Source: Candidatus Eremiobacteria bacterium
Lineage (GTDB): Bacteria > Vulcanimicrobiota > Vulcanimicrobiia > Vulcanimicrobiales > Vulcanimicrobiaceae
Length of the DNA: 64,000 bases
Assembly (NCBI GenBank): GCA_963737065.1
Contig: CAVTRC010000002.1
Location: 256,001 to 320,000 of the forward strand
Direction of reading: 5' to 3'
Under the pieces are notes generated by a model. That model made no database searches. It was given only the letters and a program-made list of their open reading frames with translations, and was not told where the DNA came from. Position numbers and translations under genes: made by a program. Shown here piece after piece: positions 21,257 through 30,714 of this stretch; the first letter of the stretch is position 1; the number at the start of each line of letters is the position of its first letter.

Positions 21257-21517
21257 TTGGATGATTCGAGCCCGGGCATTAGCGCACAAGGGTTGCTGCC
21301 TCTGAAAGACACGTCCGGCAACACGCCCTTCGAGGTCTCGATTCGCGGACCGCGCCGTCGCGAAGTGGGCGACTACGCTTTCGAACTTCCCGTAGACGGT
21401 TTCGCTGAGTCAATCCGGCAGAGCTTCTTTGGGATCGATGCATTGCAAGCGTTGCGCGATTCCGGAAGAGCGGATATTGCTGAGAGATTCGATCGATGGA
21501 AATTCGACTCGCAATAG
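21257..21517 (+). CDS. Small hypothetical protein
   Basis: 86 aa TTG-start ORF in an otherwise empty gap; no recognised motif. Confidence 0.4.
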   Translation: MDDSSPGISAQGLLPLKDTSGNTPFEVSIRGPRRREVGDYAFELPVDGFAESIRQSFFGIDALQALRDSGRADIAERFDRWKFDSQ

Positions 21518-21559
21518 GAAACGAGCTCGGCAGTGCGTTCGCGAAAAGTATGGCTGCAA

Positions 21560-22045
21560 ATGGATTGCACTGAAGGATTGGACCAGCGAGACGGTCGCGC
21601 AACTGAACTTATTGGACGCGCGTTTCTTACCGCGCAGCTGTTTCAGGCTGGCATTGAAGTAGCGGCGCCGATTCGGGATAGAGGTGTGGATCTGATCGCA
21701 TATATCGACCTCCGAGCGGACAGCTTCCGCGCTCGCCCGATCCAAGTAAAAGCGTCCTTGCACTTTCGATTCGTCCACGACAGTAAATACGAGAAGTTCC
21801 CGGATCTCCTCATTGCACATGTCGTATTTCTATCGGATTTCGCCGAGACGAAAGTTTATGCGATGGATTACGAGAGCGAGCATAGCATTTGTAGAAGCCT
21901 CGGCTATCTAAACTCGAAGTTATGGATGAACCCGGGGAGGGGGTCGCCGCGCTATTTCATGACGAAAAAGCCGCCCGAGCTGACGGAGGCATTGAAGCCG
22001 TACCTAATGACGCCGGAGCGATGGCTGCAGTACCTGCGACGATGA
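21560..22045 (+). CDS. PD-(D/E)XK nuclease-like protein
   Basis: E-helix (TELIG), DRGVDLIAY, IQVKAS; start uncertain. Confidence 0.65.
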   Translation: MDCTEGLDQRDGRATELIGRAFLTAQLFQAGIEVAAPIRDRGVDLIAYIDLRADSFRARPIQVKASLHFRFVHDSKYEKFPDLLIAHVVFLSDFAETKVYAMDYESEHSICRSLGYLNSKLWMNPGRGSPRYFMTKKPPELTEALKPYLMTPERWLQYLRR

Positions 22046-22094
22046 AGGATCGTCGGCCGGTTCTTCACTCTCCGTGTCGTTGGCATTGACGCTA

Positions 22095-24194
22095 CTATTC
22101 ACCAGGGTGATACGTGCGTTCGATATGGCCCGCAAGTTCGTCGGGATAAAAGTAGACGGGACGAAGGTTTCCCGTTACGTACCGTTCGGCTTGGTCGTCG
22201 AAATGCGGCGAATGCGGATCGCCGCTTTCGCCTCCGGCGGTCACTGCGACGGCTCGCACGCGCGTACCGAACTGAACGACCGCAACAAAACTGTTGCCTG
22301 AACGGCAGTAGCGTTTCTTGGTGTTCGGTCCGGGTGCTGAGTAGCACGCGGCGAGCGATCCCCATGTGCCGGCAACAAAACCAACCGGAATGCTCGCGGC
22401 TGCGTCGTCGAACTGCGGCTCGATGCTATCGTTCAAGCGCTGAAAGCGGTTGATTTGTCCCCACGGCGTTTTCCATGTTCCAAAGTCGGCGTTCAGTTTA
22501 TCGACCGCATCGGCGAAACTCGTGAGTTTCTGCTGCGCCGTCGTCGCGAGCAGATCTGGTTGACGCGCGCTCCCCGCAGCATGCGCGAGCGCTTCCGCCC
22601 AGTACACCGCGAGCGAGGTCGGAATCGAGTCGGCCGCCCAACGATCGTTCCAGGCGCGCAGCGTCGCGAGTGGTTCGGAGAGTTTCGCTTTGAGCGGATC
22701 GCTCATCGAAGCGGCATCGTATGCGGTCACCAGCGACGGAACGAGCGCCGCGAACAACGGCAAATTGCGATCGAACGCCGCCGCAAGCAGCGAGTCGAGC
22801 GTGAAGCCGTGCTGGTTTGCCAGGAGCGTGGCCGCATGCATACCGCGCGCGTTCTCTCCGGCGGTGTCCATGTAACGCGGGAAGTCTTGCGGTTTTGGAC
22901 TGTCGTGACCGGCCGCTGAGTACGGCCAGTCGTTCGTGTTGAAGACGTAGCCGACGCTCGGATCGACGACGTGGGGCTCTTGGTCGAGTGAATCGACGCC
23001 TTGCCAATCGGTCGCCGGATCCGATCCGTCGACGGGCTTCGTAAAGTCGAAGCGGTTGTCGCGGCGCGGAATGAACTGCGGATGCATGTAGGCGATCTCG
23101 CCTTTATCATCCGCGAAGATCGTGTTGTTCGAGGAATTAGCCTTCAATTCGGCGACGTGCCGGAAAGTCGCAAAATCGGTCGCTTTGGTGCGCAGAAACG
23201 ACTGCATCAACGCGCGCCGAGGCCGGTTCATCAACGCTTCGGCGATCCACTTGCCGTTCTCATCGGCAACGATCGGCCCGTGGTGCGTGCGGTAGACCGT
23301 AAACGTCTTGCTGCCGAACGAGCCGCCCGGCAAGCGGAACCGAATGACGACCGACGATACGGTAACCGGTCGCAGCGCGTTTCCGTACCGGTAGTACAAC
23401 CGCCCGTTGCGCCGAACGATCGTTTCCGCAAACTGGTCGACGTTGTCTGCGCCCGTCGACGTATGCATCCAGCCGATGTGCGGATTGAACCCTTGATAGA
23501 CGAAGAACTGCCCCCAGGTGACCGCGCCGTATGCATTCAGGCCTTCATCGCTCGTCATCTGCAGTTCCGAACGAAAATAATACGACGTGTGCGGGTTGAT
23601 CAGCAGCAACGCCTGATGATCGGCCGTGTTAGACGGAGCGATCGCGATGCCGTTCGATCCCGACGGATCGGGGACCGGCGTTGCCGTCGGCGCTGCGTGT
23701 GCAGCGACCGGCGTACCGCCGTAAAACGCCCGGAGTTCCGGGATCGACACGCGCTCGGAATCGCCGCCGATGCTCCCTTCAGTAAAGCTCAGCGCCATCC
23801 AGGGCTCGAAGTGATGAATCGCGCGCGGATGCACGTTCGGATGCGTGGCGAGATAGTAGTTAAGCCCGTCGGCCCATGCGCTCATGAGCGTACGAAGCCA
23901 CAAAGGGCTTTCACGGTATCGCCGCTGCAGATCCACGGGATCGACGAAGAGCCGCGCGCGCAGATCCTCGTACATCGCGCGTTCACCCTGTGCTTCGGAA
24001 AGGCGTCCGAGCGCGGTGAGGTAGTTCGTTTCGACGCGGTTGAAATCGTCTTCGGCCTGCGCGTAGATCATACCGAAGACGGCATCGGCGTCCGTTTTAC
24101 CATGAATGTGCGCGATACCCCAAGTATCGCGCACGATCGTGACGCGCTGCGCTTGCGCATGGAGTGCCGCGCTCAGTGCGAGTGCAAGGATCAT
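22095..24194 (-). CDS. Penicillin acylase family Ntn-hydrolase
   Basis: RDTWGIAHI, YAQAED, GSNG autocleavage site, LLINPH, HHGP; start overlaps upstream stop (TGATG). Confidence 0.92.
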   Translation of the reverse strand: MILALALSAALHAQAQRVTIVRDTWGIAHIHGKTDADAVFGMIYAQAEDDFNRVETNYLTALGRLSEAQGERAMYEDLRARLFVDPVDLQRRYRESPLWLRTLMSAWADGLNYYLATHPNVHPRAIHHFEPWMALSFTEGSIGGDSERVSIPELRAFYGGTPVAAHAAPTATPVPDPSGSNGIAIAPSNTADHQALLLINPHTSYYFRSELQMTSDEGLNAYGAVTWGQFFVYQGFNPHIGWMHTSTGADNVDQFAETIVRRNGRLYYRYGNALRPVTVSSVVIRFRLPGGSFGSKTFTVYRTHHGPIVADENGKWIAEALMNRPRRALMQSFLRTKATDFATFRHVAELKANSSNNTIFADDKGEIAYMHPQFIPRRDNRFDFTKPVDGSDPATDWQGVDSLDQEPHVVDPSVGYVFNTNDWPYSAAGHDSPKPQDFPRYMDTAGENARGMHAATLLANQHGFTLDSLLAAAFDRNLPLFAALVPSLVTAYDAASMSDPLKAKLSEPLATLRAWNDRWAADSIPTSLAVYWAEALAHAAGSARQPDLLATTAQQKLTSFADAVDKLNADFGTWKTPWGQINRFQRLNDSIEPQFDDAAASIPVGFVAGTWGSLAACYSAPGPNTKKRYCRSGNSFVAVVQFGTRVRAVAVTAGGESGDPHSPHFDDQAERYVTGNLRPVYFYPDELAGHIERTYHPGE

Positions 24195-27100
24195 CAATGG
24201 GCGATTCGCTCCGGAACGCCGCTTCTCTCCACATACGAGCACAGAACGTTGATCATCATCATTTGTTCGGGCGAGCTACACGCTACATCGAGCAATCGTG
24301 GACTACACACCAAGACTGACATAGCGCGCGCTCGCGAGACCGCGACATTGAAGCGGTTCTGTTCGAAGAGGAAGCCGACGTCGCGTGGCACGTCCTCGCC
24401 GCTCGATGTCGCCATCGAGTACAAGACGACCGCTGCTTCTTGCCCCTGAAACTTATCGACCGTTCCGACGGCAATGTACAGACCGGCATCGCGCAGTTTG
24501 CGCTCGATGAGCCGGCGCTGCGCGTTGTATGGGGTTACAACGATGATGTCGTCGTCGCGCATCGAGCGCTCGAGGCCATCATCATCAATGACGAAACCTT
24601 CGCGAAGCAAGGCGATCTCACGAACGATACGATCGGCCTCTTCGACGGAGCTTGCGCTATTCGCCACGTGCTCGACGGGAATGTATCGTAGTCCGCCGCC
24701 GGTGAGGCCGGCGCTGCGAACCGCATGCTGCGCCGTGTGCGGTCCAGCCACGAGACGCTCGTCGTACATCGCGAGCGAGATGAAATTGCAGATTTCCGGG
24801 TGCATGCGGTGACTCACGTCGAGAAAGATGCCGCGATCCGGCGGTATCGTCGGTTCGCTTCCGAGCAGGTGCTCGAGTACGGACCAGCCCGCACGGTACG
24901 GATGGCTTCCTTGGCTGACCTGCGCGAGTTGCGCGGGATCACCGAGCAGCACGACGTTCTTCGCGCATGCCGCAACCGCAACCGCATCGGCCAGCGATAC
25001 CTGTCCCGCTTCGTCGATGAAGAGATAGTCGAACGCGCCGCACAATTCCGGTCGAGAAAAGAGCCACGCGGTTCCGCCGGCGAGGTCGAATTGCAGACTT
25101 TCGAACGCGCCATTGCCGTCGACTGATTCGATCATCGCACGCGGCAATTCCGAGCGGTATTCGGAATGCGCGCTCGTGGACGTGTGCTTGTAGAGGCCGC
25201 GGAAGCGCGCCCCGCGCTCGTACATGCGGGCTTCCACTTTGTGGAGCAGATGATGAATCGCTTTGTGACCCGTGCTCACGACACCGACGCGCGCACCGCG
25301 TTGCAGCAAATCCGCAATAACCGACGAACAAATTGTCGTTTTACCGCTCCCCGGCGGTCCTTGAATAAAAAGATAACTGTTATCGAGATTGCGCACGACG
25401 TGCGAAACAGCGTCCGCGTTCACCGTGTCGGGCTGTAAGACGTCGCCGCGTTGGAAGCCGTGGACGCGCGGAATGGAAGCGCCGACGAGGCCGGCGACGG
25501 CCGGATAGTCTACTGCAAGCTTTCCGTCGAGGGCGCTTTGCGCGACGCGAGTAATCGCACGCCGTTGCTCGGCGGTATTAAGCGGGCCGCCCGGAATGAG
25601 TGCCGAAATCGACCGCGCGTATTCTTCACTGCGCGTCGTCTTTAATTCCAGAATGCCGCGATCGTCGTCGATGCTCACGATGGAGCCAACGCTCTTTTTC
25701 AAGTGCGGGTCGTAGACCGCGTCACCCGCACCGAGCTTGTAGCGCTGTTCGGGCATTCGGTACGTGAAGATTTTGCTGCGCGCTTCGGCGCGTGGCGGAA
25801 CGGTCGCGTCGTATTCCAGGCCCGCAATCGCTTCGCGATCGAACTCGAGCAGATCATCAATGTTATCGCAGCGATCGAAGAACGCCCACCATACGGGCTT
25901 GTCCTCGCGTCGATGGTAACTCAACGCGTGTCCGAGGAGATAGCGTTGCCGCGCGTCTTCGGGAAGCGTCTCGAACGACCGTTCATCGATGATCGGCATG
26001 CCGGTGAGCAGGCTGCGCTGCAGTTCGGTGGCGCAGTGCTCGAGTGCCTCGTCGCGTCGCGGTGCTTCGGAGACGTCGGTTTCGTGAAACGCGTACTCGG
26101 TGTCGTGTAGTCGAGCTGCCTCGTCGCGCCGCGCGAGCAGCCACTCACGCAAAAGATAGGTCGAGTAGCAGTCGTCGCGATTGTACGCCTCGATATCGCG
26201 CAGGATCTCGCCGTCGCCGTCCTGCAGCCATCGTTCGAACATAACGATCGACTCGTCGCCCTTTTTTACGCTCGTCGACCGCTTCAATTCGTAATATTTC
26301 TCCAGCCGCTTGATGCTGTAGCTGTTTTCGGAAATCGCAATCGCTTGTCGAACGACGGCGAACAGATCGACGAGGACCTCGCCGCGCAGTAATTCATCGA
26401 CTTCAGCCTCGCGGGTCGTATGCTGCTGCGCCAAACGGCGCAATGCGGTCTTCTCGTAGTTCGCGTAGTGGTAGACGTGCAAACCCGGAAAGCGGCACCG
26501 GCGTTCGATGATGAAATCCACGAACGCCTCGAACGCGCGCTTTTCTTCTTCGCGATTCAGTCCCCAAAAGGCGTGGAAGTTCGGTTCTTCGAGCGTCCAG
26601 CATCCAAAGAGATATTCGAGCGAACGTCCCGGCTCGTAGAGCGGATCGCCTTCCATATCGAAGAACACGTCGCCGCCGTTCGGCGCGGGCAGAATGCCGA
26701 ACCCGGTTCGTGCGTCGTGACGAAGCAATTCGTAGTGCAAACTTCCATCGGCGCCCCGCGCTTGCAGCGCCGCTTGCCGCCGCAGCTTGACGAATGTCTC
26801 GGGATTCATGCCGTTCGGTCGCGCTTCATCGACGGCGCATGCCAGCTGCGCAACGGTCGTGATCCCCGCATCTTGCAGCTTCGTGACCTGATCGCGGCGC
26901 ATCCACGCGACGATGCTCAAGTGGTCGTCCGCAACGCGCGTGGCCTCGCATGTTCCATCCCACGGACAGTACTTGCAATGCTTGCGGTGCAACGGATATT
27001 CCGACGCGGCATCTTGCCCCGCTGCACGTTCCGTGAATTCGAGGAACTGCTTTTTTAGGTGCCGGTAGTACGCCTCAAAGTCGTGAATGCGAAACGCCCG

Positions 27101-27637
27101 CTGTTCGTTGTTGCCCAGGATGATGTAGCCGTGGCGCGGCGCGACACCTTGCAGCCGCTCCAGGTGCTCGCTGTAGTTGCAGAGCTGGATCAAGAAGTAC
27201 GGCTTCGACGAAAGTGCGAGCTTTGTGTCGAGCACCTCGTAACTCCACGGACCGAGGTCTGACGGTCGCTCGACACGTCGAAGAAAATCGGCGTGTCCGA
27301 GAAACTGCCCGTCAAAAAACGTCGCCTGATAGATGACCGGCGCGCCGGCGCGCATCGCCTCGAGCGTCTGCACCTCCGCGGCATGGTACGCTTCGACGCC
27401 GCGGCCGCTCCGCCCGATCGAAACGACGCCCGGCATGTCGCGTTCGAGGCGCGCGAGGTACGCGGCTTCGTGCTCCTCGCCTTTGCGGCGGATCAGTTTG
27501 TTCTGCTCGTCCTCATCGAGCGGCGCCTGGAGTCGACCGCGCGCGACGAGATCTTCGAGCTCGGTCAACCGCCGGCACTCGAGAAAATTGTTCAAGTCCG
27601 TTGCCGAGAAGATGACGCGGCCGTCAACGTACTGCAT
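24194..27637 (-). CDS. TM0106 family RecB-like nuclease fused to RNase H-like and SF1 helicase domains
   Basis: SATDL, HADFLRR..YEVLDTK, FFDMEGDP, YNRDDC, QGPPGSGKT, DEAGQ, GDPAQL, TVDKFQGQE, NVAVSRA. Confidence 0.93.
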   Translation of the reverse strand: MQYVDGRVIFSATDLNNFLECRRLTELEDLVARGRLQAPLDEDEQNKLIRRKGEEHEAAYLARLERDMPGVVSIGRSGRGVEAYHAAEVQTLEAMRAGAPVIYQATFFDGQFLGHADFLRRVERPSDLGPWSYEVLDTKLALSSKPYFLIQLCNYSEHLERLQGVAPRHGYIILGNNEQRAFRIHDFEAYYRHLKKQFLEFTERAAGQDAASEYPLHRKHCKYCPWDGTCEATRVADDHLSIVAWMRRDQVTKLQDAGITTVAQLACAVDEARPNGMNPETFVKLRRQAALQARGADGSLHYELLRHDARTGFGILPAPNGGDVFFDMEGDPLYEPGRSLEYLFGCWTLEEPNFHAFWGLNREEEKRAFEAFVDFIIERRCRFPGLHVYHYANYEKTALRRLAQQHTTREAEVDELLRGEVLVDLFAVVRQAIAISENSYSIKRLEKYYELKRSTSVKKGDESIVMFERWLQDGDGEILRDIEAYNRDDCYSTYLLREWLLARRDEAARLHDTEYAFHETDVSEAPRRDEALEHCATELQRSLLTGMPIIDERSFETLPEDARQRYLLGHALSYHRREDKPVWWAFFDRCDNIDDLLEFDREAIAGLEYDATVPPRAEARSKIFTYRMPEQRYKLGAGDAVYDPHLKKSVGSIVSIDDDRGILELKTTRSEEYARSISALIPGGPLNTAEQRRAITRVAQSALDGKLAVDYPAVAGLVGASIPRVHGFQRGDVLQPDTVNADAVSHVVRNLDNSYLFIQGPPGSGKTTICSSVIADLLQRGARVGVVSTGHKAIHHLLHKVEARMYERGARFRGLYKHTSTSAHSEYRSELPRAMIESVDGNGAFESLQFDLAGGTAWLFSRPELCGAFDYLFIDEAGQVSLADAVAVAACAKNVVLLGDPAQLAQVSQGSHPYRAGWSVLEHLLGSEPTIPPDRGIFLDVSHRMHPEICNFISLAMYDERLVAGPHTAQHAVRSAGLTGGGLRYIPVEHVANSASSVEEADRIVREIALLREGFVIDDDGLERSMRDDDIIVVTPYNAQRRLIERKLRDAGLYIAVGTVDKFQGQEAAVVLYSMATSSGEDVPRDVGFLFEQNRFNVAVSRARAMSVLVCSPRLLDVACSSPEQMMMINVLCSYVERSGVPERIAH

Positions 27638-27707
27638 GCGCCCAGATTACGCTATGGAGATGCCAACTGCATGGCATTACACAAAACGTCCGTTGCCGCC
27701 CCAGCGA

Positions 27708-30500
27708 TCATGAAAAGAGCGTTTCCAGATCTTCGGGGGTCAGCGCGAGCGGCGCATGCGCGCTCTCGTCGAAAAGCGTCGCGGCTAGATCCCCTTTCCG
27801 TTGCTGAAGTTCCACGATGCGATCTTCGACCGTTGCATCGGCGATCAGCTTGTAGACGAAGACATGTTGGTCCTGACCGATGCGGTGCGCACGATCCGTC
27901 GCTTGCTGCTCGACCGCCGGATTCCACCACGGATCGTAATGGATAATCGTATCCGCTGCGGTGAGATTCAGTCCGGTGCCGCCTGCCTTGAGACTGATGA
28001 GAAAGAGTGGAACGTCGCGTGCTTGGAATCGCTGCACGGGACTTTCGCGATCGCGAGTCGCGCCGCGCAACTCGACGTAGGGGATGCTGCGCTTGTGCAG
28101 CTCGGGCTTGATCAGATCGAGCATCGACGTGAACTGGGAGAAGAGAAGAATCCGCCGTCCGTCTTCGATGAGGCTGTCCAGCATCTCGAGGAGCGCTTCG
28201 AGCTTCGCGGACTCGGTGACGGTCGCTGCGGCGGGCAGCTTCAGCAGCCGCGGATCGCAACACACTTGCCGCAGTTTCAGCAGCGCATCGAGCACCACGA
28301 TGCGGCTTCGATTGAGGCCGCGGCGTTCGACTTCTTCCCGTACTCGAGCGTGCATGGCAAGGCGAATCGTTTCGTAGAGGTCGCGTTGCTCGCCGGAGAG
28401 TTCGACGCGCTGAATGATCTCCGTTTTCTCGGGCAGATCGCGCGCCACCGACGCCTTCGTCCGGCGCAGGAGAAACGGCCGCAGGCGCGATGCGAGCGCG
28501 CCGCGCCGAAGCGTATCGCCGTGTTTCTCGATCGGCGTGCGAAAGCGCCGGCGGAACGACGAGAGGTCTTCGAGCAAGGCGGGTTCTGCAAACGCGAAGA
28601 TCGACCACAGTTCCTCGAGGTGATTTTCGATCGGCGTCCCGGTCAGCGCGATGCGCTGCTCGGCGTGCAAACGCCGTGCCACCGTGGCCGCATTCGTTCG
28701 CGGATTCTTGATCGCTTGCGCCTCGTCGAGAACCGCGATCGACCATCGCTGCGGCGTAAGCGTGGCCGCGTCGCGAGGAAGCAACGCGTACGTGGTCAGC
28801 ACGATGTTCGCGTTCGCGATATCGTCGAAACGGTCGCGCCGGCCGGCGCCGGTGATCGAGACGACGCGCAGCGACGGTGCAAACCGCGCGATCTCCGCGC
28901 GCCAGTTCGGAACGACGCTCGTCGGCGCAACGATGAGCGCCGGCGCGTGCAAGCGGCCGGCATCGCGCTCGATCAACACGTGCGCGAGCAACTGCACGGT
29001 TTTGCCGAGGCCCATGTCATCGGCCAGTACGCCGCCGAATCCGCGTTCGCGTAACGCCTGCAGCCACGCGACGCCGTCACGTTGATACGGCCGCAGCTCG
29101 CCGACGAACGACGGCGGCACTCGCAGCGAAACGCCGTCGATTGTCGTCAGCGCATCGAAGAGTTCGCGTAAGCGCGCGGTGCCGATGCCGCGCGTGCCCG
29201 CAACCGTAAACACGTCATCCAGCGCGGCGGCGCGTACCGCGGGAACGCGCATGCGGCCGTCCTCGGTGAGCGGCGCATCGAAAAGATCGACGAGCGTCGC
29301 GAGCAATCGCGCGACGCGTTCGCGCGGCAGGGCGACATATGCTCCGCTCGGCAAGCGCGCATAGAATGGTTCGTTCGAATCGCCGGCGTTGAGGCCGTTG
29401 ACCAACAACGGAAGCAACGCGACCCGTTCACCTTCCACGTCGATACCGAGATCGATGTTGAACCACCGCGCTTGCGCGTCGGTGAGCTCGGCGTGCCATT
29501 CGTCGCTCGCCTCAACCACCGCATACGGGAAATCGTCGGGAATCTCGATCCGCCAGCCTTCACGCCGCAATTGCGGCGCAACGTGACCGACGAACGATAC
29601 CCACTCGCGTTCGCTCGTGTCGGGTCCAAGGCGCAACTCACGAAACCGCTCCGTTACTTGACTTTCAAACGTCGTGCGTCGCGGCCACACCGCGCTTCCG
29701 AGACGAAACTCGCGGCGCGGATCGTGTTCGTGTACTTCATCGTTGCCGTACGCGAACGTTAATTCCGGCATAATGCGTTCGTCCGCGACCGTAAAGCGCA
29801 TGACGGGCGCGGGATTGCGATCGACGACGTCGATCGTTTCATCGAGGTACGGCGGTTCGACGTTTGCGGATGCGAAAACGTGGCGAAGCGCGACGTTCAC
29901 GCGCCGCGCTTGATCGGCGGTGAGGGAAGGTGAAGCGGCCAGCACCGCGGCCATTGCCGGCGCGATATCGACATCGACCGCACCCGACGTATTCGTGCGC
30001 GCATCTACGTACCAGAGCGGCGCCGAAGGCAACAGCACGGTGGACGAGCGTCCACGCACGTGCAGCCGCTGCCGCCCGTCGTTCCCGCGTATCCATCCGA
30101 GCGACGCGTTCGCCAGCGCTCGTTCGACGAGCGGCGGCGCATCAACCGTCCGCCAATGCACACGATGCGTCGCGATCAGCGCTTGTACGAGCGTTGCGAG
30201 CACGACCGGCGAAAGATTTCGCAAACCGCCGAGCAAGCCGCTCGCCGCAACGAGTTTGCCGATCGTCCGATCCGATGCCATCGCATATTTTGCATTAGCC
30301 GTTGCAAGCGTCGCAAGATCGATGCGTCGTCCGCTGACGAATGCCGATAGCACGAAGCGCGGCACGTAATAGTGCTCTTGCACGTCGATTGCATACGAAA
30401 TATATTCGCGCGGCAGACGCGTGGAATCGACGGTCGATGCTGCTACGGCTTCAACCCAACTGTCAACGGCGCCATCGGCTGCGTCACGCATAAAGATCAA
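27708..30500 (-). CDS. SNF2-family DEAD/DEAH helicase
   Basis: LRPYQ, LADDMGLGKT, DEAQAIKN, TGTPIEN, SLKAGGTGLNL, QATDRAHRIGQ. Confidence 0.94.
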   Translation of the reverse strand: MIFMRDAADGAVDSWVEAVAASTVDSTRLPREYISYAIDVQEHYYVPRFVLSAFVSGRRIDLATLATANAKYAMASDRTIGKLVAASGLLGGLRNLSPVVLATLVQALIATHRVHWRTVDAPPLVERALANASLGWIRGNDGRQRLHVRGRSSTVLLPSAPLWYVDARTNTSGAVDVDIAPAMAAVLAASPSLTADQARRVNVALRHVFASANVEPPYLDETIDVVDRNPAPVMRFTVADERIMPELTFAYGNDEVHEHDPRREFRLGSAVWPRRTTFESQVTERFRELRLGPDTSEREWVSFVGHVAPQLRREGWRIEIPDDFPYAVVEASDEWHAELTDAQARWFNIDLGIDVEGERVALLPLLVNGLNAGDSNEPFYARLPSGAYVALPRERVARLLATLVDLFDAPLTEDGRMRVPAVRAAALDDVFTVAGTRGIGTARLRELFDALTTIDGVSLRVPPSFVGELRPYQRDGVAWLQALRERGFGGVLADDMGLGKTVQLLAHVLIERDAGRLHAPALIVAPTSVVPNWRAEIARFAPSLRVVSITGAGRRDRFDDIANANIVLTTYALLPRDAATLTPQRWSIAVLDEAQAIKNPRTNAATVARRLHAEQRIALTGTPIENHLEELWSIFAFAEPALLEDLSSFRRRFRTPIEKHGDTLRRGALASRLRPFLLRRTKASVARDLPEKTEIIQRVELSGEQRDLYETIRLAMHARVREEVERRGLNRSRIVVLDALLKLRQVCCDPRLLKLPAAATVTESAKLEALLEMLDSLIEDGRRILLFSQFTSMLDLIKPELHKRSIPYVELRGATRDRESPVQRFQARDVPLFLISLKAGGTGLNLTAADTIIHYDPWWNPAVEQQATDRAHRIGQDQHVFVYKLIADATVEDRIVELQQRKGDLAATLFDESAHAPLALTPEDLETLFS

Positions 30501-30566
30501 TGGTACCGCAGCGATCGCCGAGAAAATGCAGCGCTGCCGGGCTGTTTCAGCCGCGAAATAGTAGCC

Positions 30567-30595
30567 TTGACGCCCTCGCGGGGCGGTGGTAGAAT
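30567..30595 (+). promoter_or_regulatory. Sigma70-type promoter of rpoB
   Basis: TTGACG-17 bp-TAGAAT with extended -10 TG. Confidence 0.85.
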
Positions 30596-30714
30596 CTCAG
30601 CCTATGCCCTGCGGCTTTTAAGCCACAAATAGAAGAAGGGCGAGTCCGCCCGGCACCAAGCAGCCGGACGAGCTCGGCCTCTTTTGTGTGTCCAAACGCG
30701 AAGAGAGAGAACGA

